Part shown: piece by piece, positions 25,551 through 33,936 of the stretch
How the letters are laid out: each line of letters begins with the position of its first letter
Numbering within the stretch: position 1 is the first letter of the stretch
From: an uncultured virus (IMG/VR IMGVR_UViG_3300021404_000010)
Taxonomy: Duplodnaviria > Heunggongvirae > Uroviricota > Caudoviricetes
Virus record (IMG/VR): IMGVR_UViG_3300021404_000010
Direction: 5' to 3' (one strand)
Length of the DNA stretch: 64,000 bases
Made by a program: the position numbers and the translations under genes
Notes under the pieces: generated by a model
The model's input: the letters and a program-made list of their open reading frames with translations, nothing else
Database searches by the model: none
What the model was told of the DNA's origin: nothing

Positions 25551-26690
25551 ATGAAACCCAACGATAAACGCCAGCCGACCCTGGCGGACCGCTTCGTGGC
25601 CAAACGCTGGCCGGCGCATGAACGCGTCTTGCTGCCGAAGGCGGCCGAGCAGATCCAACGCGGCGTGCGCAACGCGCGCAAGTTCGTCCTCGATGAAGAG
25701 GCGGCGGAGCGGATCGGCAAGGTGGTCGCGGAGATACCCGAGTTGATTGTGCGCGAGCACCAGTTCGCCCGGGCGCCGTTCGACCTGACCTGGATCGAGT
25801 GGCCGAGCTTTCATTACTGGAAGGCGCTGAAGGACCGCGAGCCCGCGCTTTATGAGTGGGCTGGTCTCTACGGCAACGAGGACACCGCCGACTACATGAC
25901 CGGCTACCTGATCGATCATGGGCGGATCAACGTCGTTGCCGGCGGCACAATGGCAGACAAGGAGGTGCCGCCGGAGCTAACGCCGATGCAATACCGGCTG
26001 CACACCGAGTGGCCGATGGACGATCAACTGGAATTCTGCCGCCGCGTCGGCATGAGCCGACGGACCATCGACCAATACCTGTGGGGCTCGTCCTACGGTC
26101 AGCTATCGGAGGATGAGCGGCGTCTGCTGCGCACCTACAACACGGCGGAGTTCGTGCCGTTCAATCCCGCGCATTCCGGCTTCGCGCATTACAACGCCAA
26201 CAGCACGATGGAAAGCGCCGCGCGTAGCTGCGTCGGGGAATTGCGAACGGTCATCGCGCTGCTGCTGATGCTCAACCGGCCGTCGATCGCGATGTACCGC
26301 AACACGCTGCCGAACCAACGCGGCTGGATGAAGGGCAAGGTGGTGCCGTTCATGTCGCACACCACCGTCTCGGTCTCGCTCGATGCGGTGCGGGTGTTGC
26401 GGCTGATCGGCACGCCGGCGGGCGAGAGCGTCGCGCGTCGGCGGCACGAGGTGAAGGGGCATTACTGCCACGACCGGACCGCCCGCGAATACATGCGGAT
26501 CGCCGGGTGCATTCACGAGTGGCAGCCTTGCCATGACGAATGGACGCCGTGGCCCGATGCGCCGATGAGCGACGTCAACCACTGGATGTGCAAGGCGTGC
26601 GGCGGGAAGCGCTGGTGGCGCGCCGACCATGAGCGAGGCACGGCGGAGGTCGGGTTTGTCGCGCACGACGGCTACGAGGTGACGGCCTGA
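25551..26690 (+). CDS. Hypothetical protein with a C-terminal RRHEVKGH / Cys-His motif
   Basis: 379-aa ORF; RRRHEVKGHYCH...CIHEW...CKACGGKRWWRADHERG. Confidence 0.7.
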   Translation: MKPNDKRQPTLADRFVAKRWPAHERVLLPKAAEQIQRGVRNARKFVLDEEAAERIGKVVAEIPELIVREHQFARAPFDLTWIEWPSFHYWKALKDREPALYEWAGLYGNEDTADYMTGYLIDHGRINVVAGGTMADKEVPPELTPMQYRLHTEWPMDDQLEFCRRVGMSRRTIDQYLWGSSYGQLSEDERRLLRTYNTAEFVPFNPAHSGFAHYNANSTMESAARSCVGELRTVIALLLMLNRPSIAMYRNTLPNQRGWMKGKVVPFMSHTTVSVSLDAVRVLRLIGTPAGESVARRRHEVKGHYCHDRTAREYMRIAGCIHEWQPCHDEWTPWPDAPMSDVNHWMCKACGGKRWWRADHERGTAEVGFVAHDGYEVTA

Positions 26691-26692
26691 TG

Positions 26693-26929
26693 CTACCCGC
26701 CGGCGAGGCGTCGGAGGCGATCGGTGCGTTGCATCTCGTCGAGGGCTTCGCGCAGCGCGGCATTGAGGATGACGACGCGATCGCGGGGAGAGAGGGCGGT
26801 GAGTTGCAGTTCGACGCCGGCGACGGCGCGGCGTACCTGGTTCCCGTATCGCCGAGCGGCATGGCGGTCTGCTGCGTCTCGGGCGTTTTGCACGGTACGA
26901 TGCACCCTGCCCGGTCCCCCTGATCGCAC
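26693..26929 (-). CDS. Hypothetical protein
   Basis: Convergent on the stop at 26690; minus-strand TTGACG upstream. Confidence 0.35.
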   Translation of the reverse strand: MRSGGPGRVHRTVQNARDAADRHAARRYGNQVRRAVAGVELQLTALSPRDRVVILNAALREALDEMQRTDRLRRLAGG

Positions 26930-27003
26930 CTCTTGGCGACGTTAGCGAAAAGCCTATGCCGTCCAACACGCATCCGTCAATCCAAGTTGCATGAGGCACG
27001 CCC

Positions 27004-27213
27004 ATGGAAGATGAAGAATTGCGACGGATCGCCGAGCAGATCAACACCAAGCTCGACGCCATCTTGGACAAGCTCTCATCTGTTCGCGCCGACAACCATG
27101 AGCTCTCCCTGGTTTACCGGCGCATGGCAGAGAGGCTGCGCGAACTCGGGGACGTTGCCGGCGCGCGGCTCCTTGAGCAGTGGGCGCGGCAACGGGAGCA
27201 GCGGGACGATTGA
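27004..27213 (+). CDS. Small coiled-coil protein
   Basis: GAGG RBS; MEDEELRRIAEQINTKLDAILDKL. Confidence 0.55.
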   Translation: MEDEELRRIAEQINTKLDAILDKLSSVRADNHELSLVYRRMAERLRELGDVAGARLLEQWARQREQRDD

Positions 27214-27386
27214 GCTACCGCCTCGAAACCTGGCGCTATGGCTTCATCGGCAACAACGCCGAGAGCAATCCACGGCGCGCGATCCAGGCGCTGCTCCGCT
27301 TTCGCGCGGCGGATTCCTGGGCGATCGAACGATGGCTGATCCTCTGCGACATCCGGGCCGACCTCGCGGCCTACGATGAGGAACGC

Positions 27387-27414
27387 GGCCAACGCCGGGC
27401 CAACTGTTGGGGTG
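27387..27414 (-). repeat. 28-bp element CACCCCAACAGTTGGCCC-N3-GTTGGCC, copy 1
   Basis: Reverse complement matches 39965-39992 and 40660-40687 at all positions outside the N3. Confidence 0.8.
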
Positions 27415-27457
27415 AGGAAAATTGAGACGCCGTGAGACTGGCCGCGCAGGCCGGTTT

Positions 27458-28075
27458 TCACAGCGGCAGCCGCCAGCCGGCGCGCACCTCGAAGTCGACC
27501 TCGGCATCGAAATGCTGGGCCAGCCGGTCGAGCAGGCCGATCAGCCGGATGCGCTCGCCGCGGACCGTGCACCGCGTCCCGGTCCGCTCGCTGGCGGCGC
27601 GGGCCCACACCGAGAGGCTGTGGTTGAGCAGCACGATCGCCGCGAGCAGCAGCGTCTCGTCGAGCGTGTAGCCGGCCATCGCGCGGGTCAGGGAGCGGGC
27701 TGCGCCGCCGCGTGCCATCTCGGCGTCGGAGAGCCCGGCGCGCGGGGCGGGAGCGACGTGGACCGCCTGCAGGTCGCCGCCGGACGAGTAGCCGTGCTGG
27801 GCGAGGTCGTATAGCTCGCGCAGCTTGTCGGCGGCGTGGATATGGGCGGCGGAGATTCCGGCATGCGGATTGGCGAGCATCCGGCGCAGCGGGCAGTAGG
27901 TTCGCCAACCCTGGATCCGCCGGGCGGTGCGGGCGGCTGACGGGCGCAGGTCGTCGGGGTCGGGCCAGTCGGTCCGCATGACGGCGGTGGCGCCCTGGCG
28001 GGCTCCCTGGCGCACCGCGGCCGGCTCGGCGAGCAGCGGCCGGGAGGGGGCCCGTACAGGCGTCCGGCGGCCCAT
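27458..28075 (-). CDS. DUF6456-like protein, putative late transcription regulator
   Basis: AADKLRELY...RAMAG...LLDRLAQHF; last gene of the replication operon; TAATG coupling. Confidence 0.6.
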   Translation of the reverse strand: MGRRTPVRAPSRPLLAEPAAVRQGARQGATAVMRTDWPDPDDLRPSAARTARRIQGWRTYCPLRRMLANPHAGISAAHIHAADKLRELYDLAQHGYSSGGDLQAVHVAPAPRAGLSDAEMARGGAARSLTRAMAGYTLDETLLLAAIVLLNHSLSVWARAASERTGTRCTVRGERIRLIGLLDRLAQHFDAEVDFEVRAGWRLPL

Positions 28076-28407
28076 TACGGGCGATCCACGCGGGCGATCG
28101 GCTGGCCGTGCTGTTCGCGGTGTTCCTCGTAGCGCCGCAGCCACTCGATCAGACGGTCACGACGCTGCTGCGCTGCTTGCCGCTGCGCGCGCATCTTGGC
28201 GATGTTCCGTCGGAGTTCGCGGCGCCACCAGGCGCGGAAGTGTGTGGCTGATGGGCTGTAAGCGTAAAGCGCCAAGTCCTCGCCCAGCGCGGCGGTCAGT
28301 TTCTCGCGTTCCGCCTGGGCCAGTTTTTCCCGCTCTGCCCTGCGGGCGAGCTTGGCGCGCTTGCGCGCGGCTGTCCCCAGCTTACTCACGGCGCGCGGCC
28401 CGTACAT
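28075..28407 (-). CDS. Basic helical hypothetical protein
   Basis: Coupled to the downstream gene. Confidence 0.5.
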   Translation of the reverse strand: MYGPRAVSKLGTAARKRAKLARRAEREKLAQAEREKLTAALGEDLALYAYSPSATHFRAWWRRELRRNIAKMRAQRQAAQQRRDRLIEWLRRYEEHREQHGQPIARVDRP

Positions 28408-28577
28408 GCGTTGGCCGGCGGGTCACTACTCCGCCGGCCTTGCACGTACACTCAAGCGGAACTCGGGGCCCCGCAGGAGAGCGGTCGGGAGATAGGCGCC
28501 GCCCGTGCGCGTCCGCAAGTGAACAGATAGGGACCGCAGCATCATCCCCGAAGCATGAGAGCATACGTAATGCACGA

Positions 28578-29597
28578 TCAGCGGCCACGCGTACGCGGCA
28601 CCCAGGGGATGTCGTCGCCCTCCAGCACGGGGGCGGGTTTCGGGTCCGGCGGCTTTTCCGGCGCGGGCTCGTGGGCCGCGTGTGGCGCGGTCCAGCGCGT
28701 ATAGGTCACCCGGGCGGCCGCCGCCCGCCGCGGCGCCGTGACCGGCTCCGGCGCCTCACGTGGGGCGGTTGCCGGCTCGGCCCTCCCCTCGAGCGTGACC
28801 ACCGGCGGCGGCAGCGGCGGATCGGTCTCCAGCACCGGCATATCGAGCACCAGGCAGAGCGCCTGGATGCGCGCAGCCCGGTTTGTCGCCGTCGGGCTGC
28901 GTCGGAGGGTCAGCAGCAGTGCCACATCGTCGGCCCGGGTCCGGCCGACCGGCGAGGCGATGGATTGCAGGGTGGTGATCTGCGCGTCGGGCGACCGCCT
29001 CGGCCAGAGCGGCCCGTCGCCGCGCGCCCGCAGTCGAGCGATCGCCGCCTCGGCCGACTCATGCACCGCGGCGATCTCTTCCTCGGTCGGCTCGCGGTTG
29101 TGGGCCGAGGCGTCGGTGAGCCAGCCGCGTTTCATGGCGATGCGCTGCGCCTCGAGGTCGGTGCGGCAGATGTGGTCGAACACCCGCGGCCGATAGCTGC
29201 GGCATGAGGACAGCGATCGGGCCATGTCGCCATCGACGTGTGTGAAGCCTTCTTGCCGGTGTTTCAGCCAGACCTTGAGGCCGTGCCGATCCTCGCGGGT
29301 GAGCGTCGGATCATCGCCGCCCGGTAGCTCGGCCCCGTCGGCGCTGGCCTTGCTGCCGTGGTCGCGCCACCAGTCGCCGAGCCGGGTCTCGAACACCGCG
29401 CCCTCGGGGAACTCGGTCAGCCCCTCGGCCACCGCCTGACGCGAGGCCGCGGTGAACGCATCGATCGGGTATTTGGCGGCCAGATCGCGGGCGGTCATCC
29501 GCACGCGCCGGATCAGTTCTTTGTTGGGCATCGACGGGCGCAGCTTGGATGCAAGCTCGGTCAGCCAGTCGGTCGCCACCGTGAGCTTAGTGGGCAT
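28578..29597 (-). CDS. Replication-associated protein (helicase-loader position)
   Basis: Overlaps the 3' end of the initiator gene; function inferred from position only. Confidence 0.55.
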   Translation of the reverse strand: MPTKLTVATDWLTELASKLRPSMPNKELIRRVRMTARDLAAKYPIDAFTAASRQAVAEGLTEFPEGAVFETRLGDWWRDHGSKASADGAELPGGDDPTLTREDRHGLKVWLKHRQEGFTHVDGDMARSLSSCRSYRPRVFDHICRTDLEAQRIAMKRGWLTDASAHNREPTEEEIAAVHESAEAAIARLRARGDGPLWPRRSPDAQITTLQSIASPVGRTRADDVALLLTLRRSPTATNRAARIQALCLVLDMPVLETDPPLPPPVVTLEGRAEPATAPREAPEPVTAPRRAAAARVTYTRWTAPHAAHEPAPEKPPDPKPAPVLEGDDIPWVPRTRGR

Positions 29598-30408
29598 GTG
29601 CCGCCTCCCCGCCGCCGTTCACCTTGGGCTTCGGGGCGTGCCACGGTCCGGCTCTCAGCCAACTGGCCGGATAGGGCGTCCATTTCGGGTCGCCGAGGAA
29701 GCGGCTGTCCTCCTGCTTGGCCTCGAACAACGCATCCAGCAGATCGTCGGGGTCTCCGCCGATCGCCTTCAGGGCGGCGACGTAGGCTTTGTAAGCGTCT
29801 CCCTTGTCCAGCTTCTTCGGGTAGTCCTTCCAGAACTCATCAAAGCGATCGTCCTCTCGCACCCGCGCGCGCCGCGCGCCTCCCCCGCTTGCGGGGGGTG
29901 GGGGGGGAGACTCTGGGGGATTCTTAAGGGGATTCTTACTAAGGGGATTCTGCGAATCTGATTCGTAGTCTGGAGCCGTTTGCTGCGAATCTGATTCGTA
30001 GGCGCTGCGAATCTGATTCGTAGGCTCGGGGTCGCTGCGAATCTGATTCGTAGTCTCCGGGTCGGCGGTGCGAATCTGATTCGTAGGCTCGGGCTCTTGC
30101 TGCGAATCTGATTCGTAGATCGGGGATTGTGGACGCAGCAGCTTGAACACGTAATGCGTGCCCGCGCCCGCGGTGATCGATACCAGATCGCTCGGTATGT
30201 TCTTCAGCGCAAACTGGATCGTGCGACGGTTCAGCCCGGTGTAATCCGCCAGGATGGCGATGCAGCTTCTTCCGCTGAATTCGAGCGTGTGCCGGTTCAC
30301 TAGCTCGGCGATGTTGGTGAACACCCACCGAGCGGTCGCCGGCAGCTTGCGCTCGTGGGCCATCTTCATCGCCCAGGCGCAGTTCGGGCAGGCGGGAGGA
30401 ACGCTCAT
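29587..30408 (-). CDS. Replication initiator (lambda O-like architecture)
   Basis: N-terminal wHTH-like LADYTGLNRRTIQFALK; internal iterons; C-terminal FDEFWKDYPKKLDKGDAYKAY...YPASWL. Confidence 0.85.
   Translation of the reverse strand: MSVPPACPNCAWAMKMAHERKLPATARWVFTNIAELVNRHTLEFSGRSCIAILADYTGLNRRTIQFALKNIPSDLVSITAGAGTHYVFKLLRPQSPIYESDSQQEPEPTNQIRTADPETTNQIRSDPEPTNQIRSAYESDSQQTAPDYESDSQNPLSKNPLKNPPESPPPPPASGGGARRARVREDDRFDEFWKDYPKKLDKGDAYKAYVAALKAIGGDPDDLLDALFEAKQEDSRFLGDPKWTPYPASWLRAGPWHAPKPKVNGGGEAAHAH
29909..30118. repeat. Putative replication origin: six TGCGAATCTGATTCGTAG iterons plus three GGGGATTCT repeats
   Basis: Identical 18-mers start at 29951, 29984, 30006, 30036, 30069 and 30101; palindromic core CGAATC-T-GATTCG. 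Confidence 0.88.
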
Positions 30409-30782
30409 GCCTGGCCCTCCCCTTCGATATGACCAGGGAACAGCAGAGCGCAGGTGATGCCGCCGTCGGCGCGATCGCGGTGCACCAAGATGCCCTTGGC
30501 GCGCAATCCATCCAGCCCCGCCCACGGCATGAACTCGGGGTGCCGCTGATCGGTTTCCCGTTTCAGGGCGTCGTAGAGGATCTCAAGGTCGACCGTCAGC
30601 GCGGTCTCGGACGAGAGGCTTGCCATGTGCCGGCTGACCCAGACTAGCGCATCGAACTCAAGCTGGCTGAGATCGGCTGGGTCAGCGCGTTGCAACCTGT
30701 CCGACGGCGTTGCCGAATGTTCATCGGCGGCTTCGTGCAACCTGTCTTGATTTCCGTTCGGCGATAGCCTACGTTTCGGCAT
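30405..30782 (-). CDS. Hypothetical protein
   Basis: AAGGA RBS; ATGA-coupled to the initiator. Confidence 0.6.
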   Translation of the reverse strand: MPKRRLSPNGNQDRLHEAADEHSATPSDRLQRADPADLSQLEFDALVWVSRHMASLSSETALTVDLEILYDALKRETDQRHPEFMPWAGLDGLRAKGILVHRDRADGGITCALLFPGHIEGEGQA

Positions 30783-30832
30783 AACCGATGTCCTTCTCTT
30801 GGCCGGGGTGGACTGGGTTTTTGAATTAGCGG

Positions 30833-30868
30833 TGCGCCGGGTAGGGTCTCGACCCCTTACCCGGCGCA
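30833..30868. promoter_or_regulatory. Long intergenic hairpin
   Basis: TGCGCCGGGTA-GGGTC-TC-GACCC-CT-TACCCGGCGCA. Confidence 0.55.
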
Positions 30869-30989
30869 ACGCTTTCTGGCTCAATCAGCGCATAATTCGG
30901 CTCCGATGCGTGCGGTGCAGTTTGCACGATAGCATTGCGTGGTACGGCGATTCCCGCAAGCCGGTGAATGCCCGGCATAATGTCCAGGG

Positions 30990-31463
30990 TCATGCGACCG
31001 GCTCCGGCCGCCGGACACGCTGCTTGCCCCACGCCTCCAGCGCGTCGCTGTGCTTCAGGTAGGCTCGGCCGGTCCGGCGCAGGCGTTCGACGTTGTAGGC
31101 AAGGTCGGCGTCCGGTAGGTGTTCCAGCAGGACGTAGACCCGTTCCTCGCCCTTCTTCGCCCGTAGCGGATACCGCTCCTGCAAGGTCTCCGGAAACAGG
31201 TCATCCTCGATCGCCTGACGGATCACCTCGACAGGATCCCAGTGCCCGCGAAACTTCGCGCGCGCGATCTCCCGCAACGCGAGGTGGCAGCCCCAATAGA
31301 CCGGCCGGTTGTCGGTCGGGTCGAAGGACAGCAGCTTCATGCCCTCGGTCGCGAACCAGGTGGCACTCAACTCCCGCTTGTACCGATGCAGTTCGAACAG
31401 CCGGTCGATCGTCTCCCAGAGTTCCCGTGCCTCTGGCATCCGGTCGTGGAATGATCCGCTCAT
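30990..31463 (-). CDS. Hypothetical protein
   Basis: GGAGG RBS; ATGA-coupled; LQERYP...HSDALEAW. Confidence 0.65.
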   Translation of the reverse strand: MSGSFHDRMPEARELWETIDRLFELHRYKRELSATWFATEGMKLLSFDPTDNRPVYWGCHLALREIARAKFRGHWDPVEVIRQAIEDDLFPETLQERYPLRAKKGEERVYVLLEHLPDADLAYNVERLRRTGRAYLKHSDALEAWGKQRVRRPEPVA

Positions 31464-32083
31464 CTGATCCTCCCCAGCCATGCCGCAACCCGCGGCGCCA
31501 TCTCCCGCGTCGCGTCCTTCATGTGATCCAGCATCGACGCCATCAGCGCCTCGGGATCTTCGTCGAGCAGCCCTTCCCGCTCGAAATCCAGCAGCCGACC
31601 CCACAGCCACAGCGCCCGCGCATCGACCTGATCGCGCGGCTTCTCGCGCGGCATGTGCCCGGCGATGATCCCGCCGGTGGTCGGCTTCTCCGGCGCCTTC
31701 AGCGCGGCCTCGAACTCCGCCTCCGGCACCTCGGCGAGCTTCTGCCACTGCGATGACTGGTTGTGCGTGATGCCAAGGTCGGCGAGCGTTTTGGTCCCCT
31801 CACTTCGCGTGAGCGGTCCAGTGTGTTGGTTGCCCGGCGATCCCTTGGCCTTCTGCATCGTGCGGAGGATCGCGCCCGCCTTGCGCTCGGCGCGCAGCCT
31901 GATCTCGCAGGCCAGCCGCTCGGCCTCGGTGTTCTCCGCCAGCCGGAAATAGTGCTCGAGCGCCACAGCGCGGTCGCGGATGTCGGCCACCTCATCCACC
32001 TCGTAGGCCGCCTGGATCGCGTGGCACATCGCATCGTAGCGGAGCAGCGGCGCGGTCTCGCGCGTGGCGACAGCGGTGTTCAT
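31460..32083 (-). CDS. Hypothetical DNA-binding protein
   Basis: RYDAMCHAI..VDEVADIRD..RLRAERKAGAIL..TLADLGITHNQSSQWQKLA. Confidence 0.7.
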   Translation of the reverse strand: MNTAVATRETAPLLRYDAMCHAIQAAYEVDEVADIRDRAVALEHYFRLAENTEAERLACEIRLRAERKAGAILRTMQKAKGSPGNQHTGPLTRSEGTKTLADLGITHNQSSQWQKLAEVPEAEFEAALKAPEKPTTGGIIAGHMPREKPRDQVDARALWLWGRLLDFEREGLLDEDPEALMASMLDHMKDATREMAPRVAAWLGRIR

Positions 32084-32610
32084 GCGACCTCCCCCAGCGA
32101 CATCTGCGCCGGCTGCCCGCCGGTCACCCGACGGCGGTGCCATTCCCACAGCATGCAGGCGTCGCCGGCGTTGTGGCTCGGCACCTTCCAGCCCCGTTTC
32201 CGGCAGAAATTCACGACGTGCTTCTTGATCGCGTCCGGCTTGCCCGGCACCCGGCAGAACCCCAGAAGCTCGCCGCGCACGATGTCGGCGGAGACCTCGG
32301 TGACCGCGATGCGCCGGCGCCACGCATTGCTGCGCACCAGCGCCCGCAGCCCAAGCTGCTGCCACATCGCCGCCCGGTTGGTCATCGCCGGCATGTTGAT
32401 CGGCGCCTCGAGCACGATCTTCTCCGGCAGGAACTGCTCGCAGGCGTCGATTAGCTCATTCTCGAAGGCGGCAAACTTGCAGCCCTCGCCGCCATCGAAG
32501 GGCAGCACCCAGTCACCGAACCACGGCATCACCCACGACGTCGGCCCGTAGGCCCAGCCGGTGATCCCGGCTGCGTCGATGGTCATGACGCCCCCCTGCG
32601 GCGCCTCCAT
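32080..32610 (-). CDS. RuvC-like Holliday junction resolvase
   Basis: TIDAAGITGWA, IVLEAP, HNAGDA acidic motifs. Confidence 0.75.
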   Translation of the reverse strand: MEAPQGGVMTIDAAGITGWAYGPTSWVMPWFGDWVLPFDGGEGCKFAAFENELIDACEQFLPEKIVLEAPINMPAMTNRAAMWQQLGLRALVRSNAWRRRIAVTEVSADIVRGELLGFCRVPGKPDAIKKHVVNFCRKRGWKVPSHNAGDACMLWEWHRRRVTGGQPAQMSLGEVA

Positions 32611-32616
32611 CGCGGA

Positions 32617-33267
32617 TCACGCGGCGGCTGGCGGTTGCGGTCCTGAGCCGTTCGGACTGGTGCGGCGTTGCTGCTTGCGGGCCGGCTGCTTGCGCTGCTT
32701 GCGGGGCGGCTTGTCGCCGAGCGGCAGTTGCACCACCGCCGCCGTCTTGCGCGGCTCGCGCTCACGCCGCTGGTTCGCCATCTTGGCGTTCTCGCCAAGC
32801 TGCGCCGCATTGGCCGCCTGGCCCTCGTTCCAGAACGTCCGCCAGGTCTGCTCTAACTCGCTGCCGACCGGGTACGGGCAGTCGTCCACCGACTGGCCGT
32901 ACTTGCCGGCCATGTAGCCGCGCTGCTCGGCATCGAACAGCGTATCGGTGTGGCGCATCTTCTCCGACACGCGGGTATCCATCCGCGCCACCAGTTCGGT
33001 GATCGTGGATCCGCTGTCGGGATAGCGCGCGCTCTCCACCTTGATCCGGTCGATGATCTTTTGCCGGCGTACCTCGGGCTCGAGCCGGGCGTCGGCGATG
33101 CTCTCGAGGATGGCCACGGTCGGCACGCCATCGGCCTTGGCCCGTTTGACCATCAGGCGATGGGCGCTGCTGGCCTCATCGATCTTGCGTTTGCTGCGGG
33201 TCAATTCGTGCGTGTAGTAGAGGATCGTTTCGTTGGGAACGTTCGATTGCTGCGGCTCGCTGGCCAT
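32617..33267 (-). CDS. GapR-like N-terminal region plus an RMF-like motif
   Basis: KRAKADG pattern; AEQRGYMAGKYGQSVDDCPY...W...WNEG. Confidence 0.55.
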   Translation of the reverse strand: MASEPQQSNVPNETILYYTHELTRSKRKIDEASSAHRLMVKRAKADGVPTVAILESIADARLEPEVRRQKIIDRIKVESARYPDSGSTITELVARMDTRVSEKMRHTDTLFDAEQRGYMAGKYGQSVDDCPYPVGSELEQTWRTFWNEGQAANAAQLGENAKMANQRREREPRKTAAVVQLPLGDKPPRKQRKQPARKQQRRTSPNGSGPQPPAAA

Positions 33268-33467
33268 AGTGATTTATCCCCCTGATGCCCCCTGGGCGTG
33301 CAAAGTTATTCCCCGGGCCCGTGCGACGGGAGCGGGCTGGTAGTTTTGCCGGTCACACAAGCGTCGGCCGTTCGTCTCTTGAAGCCGACTCGGCGCACCC
33401 CTATCATCGTGCGAGATGCACGAAGGTGTCCCGTTCAGAAAGTCGGCTAACAGGTTAGAAACATGAG

Positions 33468-33794
33468 TCATGGATGGGCTGGATGCTTCACGCTTGGCGG
33501 GGACCGTCGCCGGAGCGCCGCGGCCGTTGCCGGTCGCACCCGGGCGGTGCCGGCCTCGCGCGACATGGCGATGCGCAGCGCGCCCATCAGCGCGTCAACC
33601 GACAGCCGAATGCCGCGGCGCGAGGCGGCCGCGATGATGATGTCCCAGTGCTCCGGCGGGATGCGGTCGCGGTTGCGCCACGCCCGGCAGGTGGCGTCCG
33701 GCGTCCGCGTCTCATCGCAAAAATCCCGCACCGTCGGCCAGAGGCCGATGATCCCAGCGAAGTCCAGGGGGACGGGCCGACGTTGAATGCCCAT
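33468..33794 (-). CDS. Cro-like HTH regulator
   Basis: IIGLWPTVRDFCDE...RAWRNRDRIPPEHW; divergent from the cI-like gene. Confidence 0.75.
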   Translation of the reverse strand: MGIQRRPVPLDFAGIIGLWPTVRDFCDETRTPDATCRAWRNRDRIPPEHWDIIIAAASRRGIRLSVDALMGALRIAMSREAGTARVRPATAAALRRRSPPSVKHPAHP

Positions 33795-33800
33795 CGGGCA

Positions 33801-33830
33801 ATCGTGCATCTTGTATAGGAGGGCCGTCAA
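33801..33830 (-). promoter_or_regulatory. Leftward sigma70-like promoter overlapping an operator (33802-33818)
   Basis: TTGACG-N18-CACGAT on the minus strand; TCGTGCA-TCT-TGTATAG. Confidence 0.6.
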
Positions 33831-33936
33831 GCGTGTTTCCGATATGCCCCTCGCGCGGGGCGGTTATCGTTTCACAAAAATTGGCTGTTTAACCAGCGCG
33901 AAGGTGTGCCACCATGACAGAAAGGAAAGTTCTTAG

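Noticed and set aside
29891..29907. Long G tract as a phase-variable or G-quadruplex element
   Set aside because: It encodes the poly-Pro linker common in phage initiators; nothing supports another role.
29951..30118. Palindromic repeats with spacers as a possible CRISPR array
   Set aside because: Repeats are 18 bp with 4-15 bp gaps, lie in frame inside the initiator gene, and no cas genes are visible; iterons fit better.
33880..33900. CtrA box in the cI promoter region
   Set aside because: Only a single TTAACC half-site, with no TTAA-N7-TTAA.
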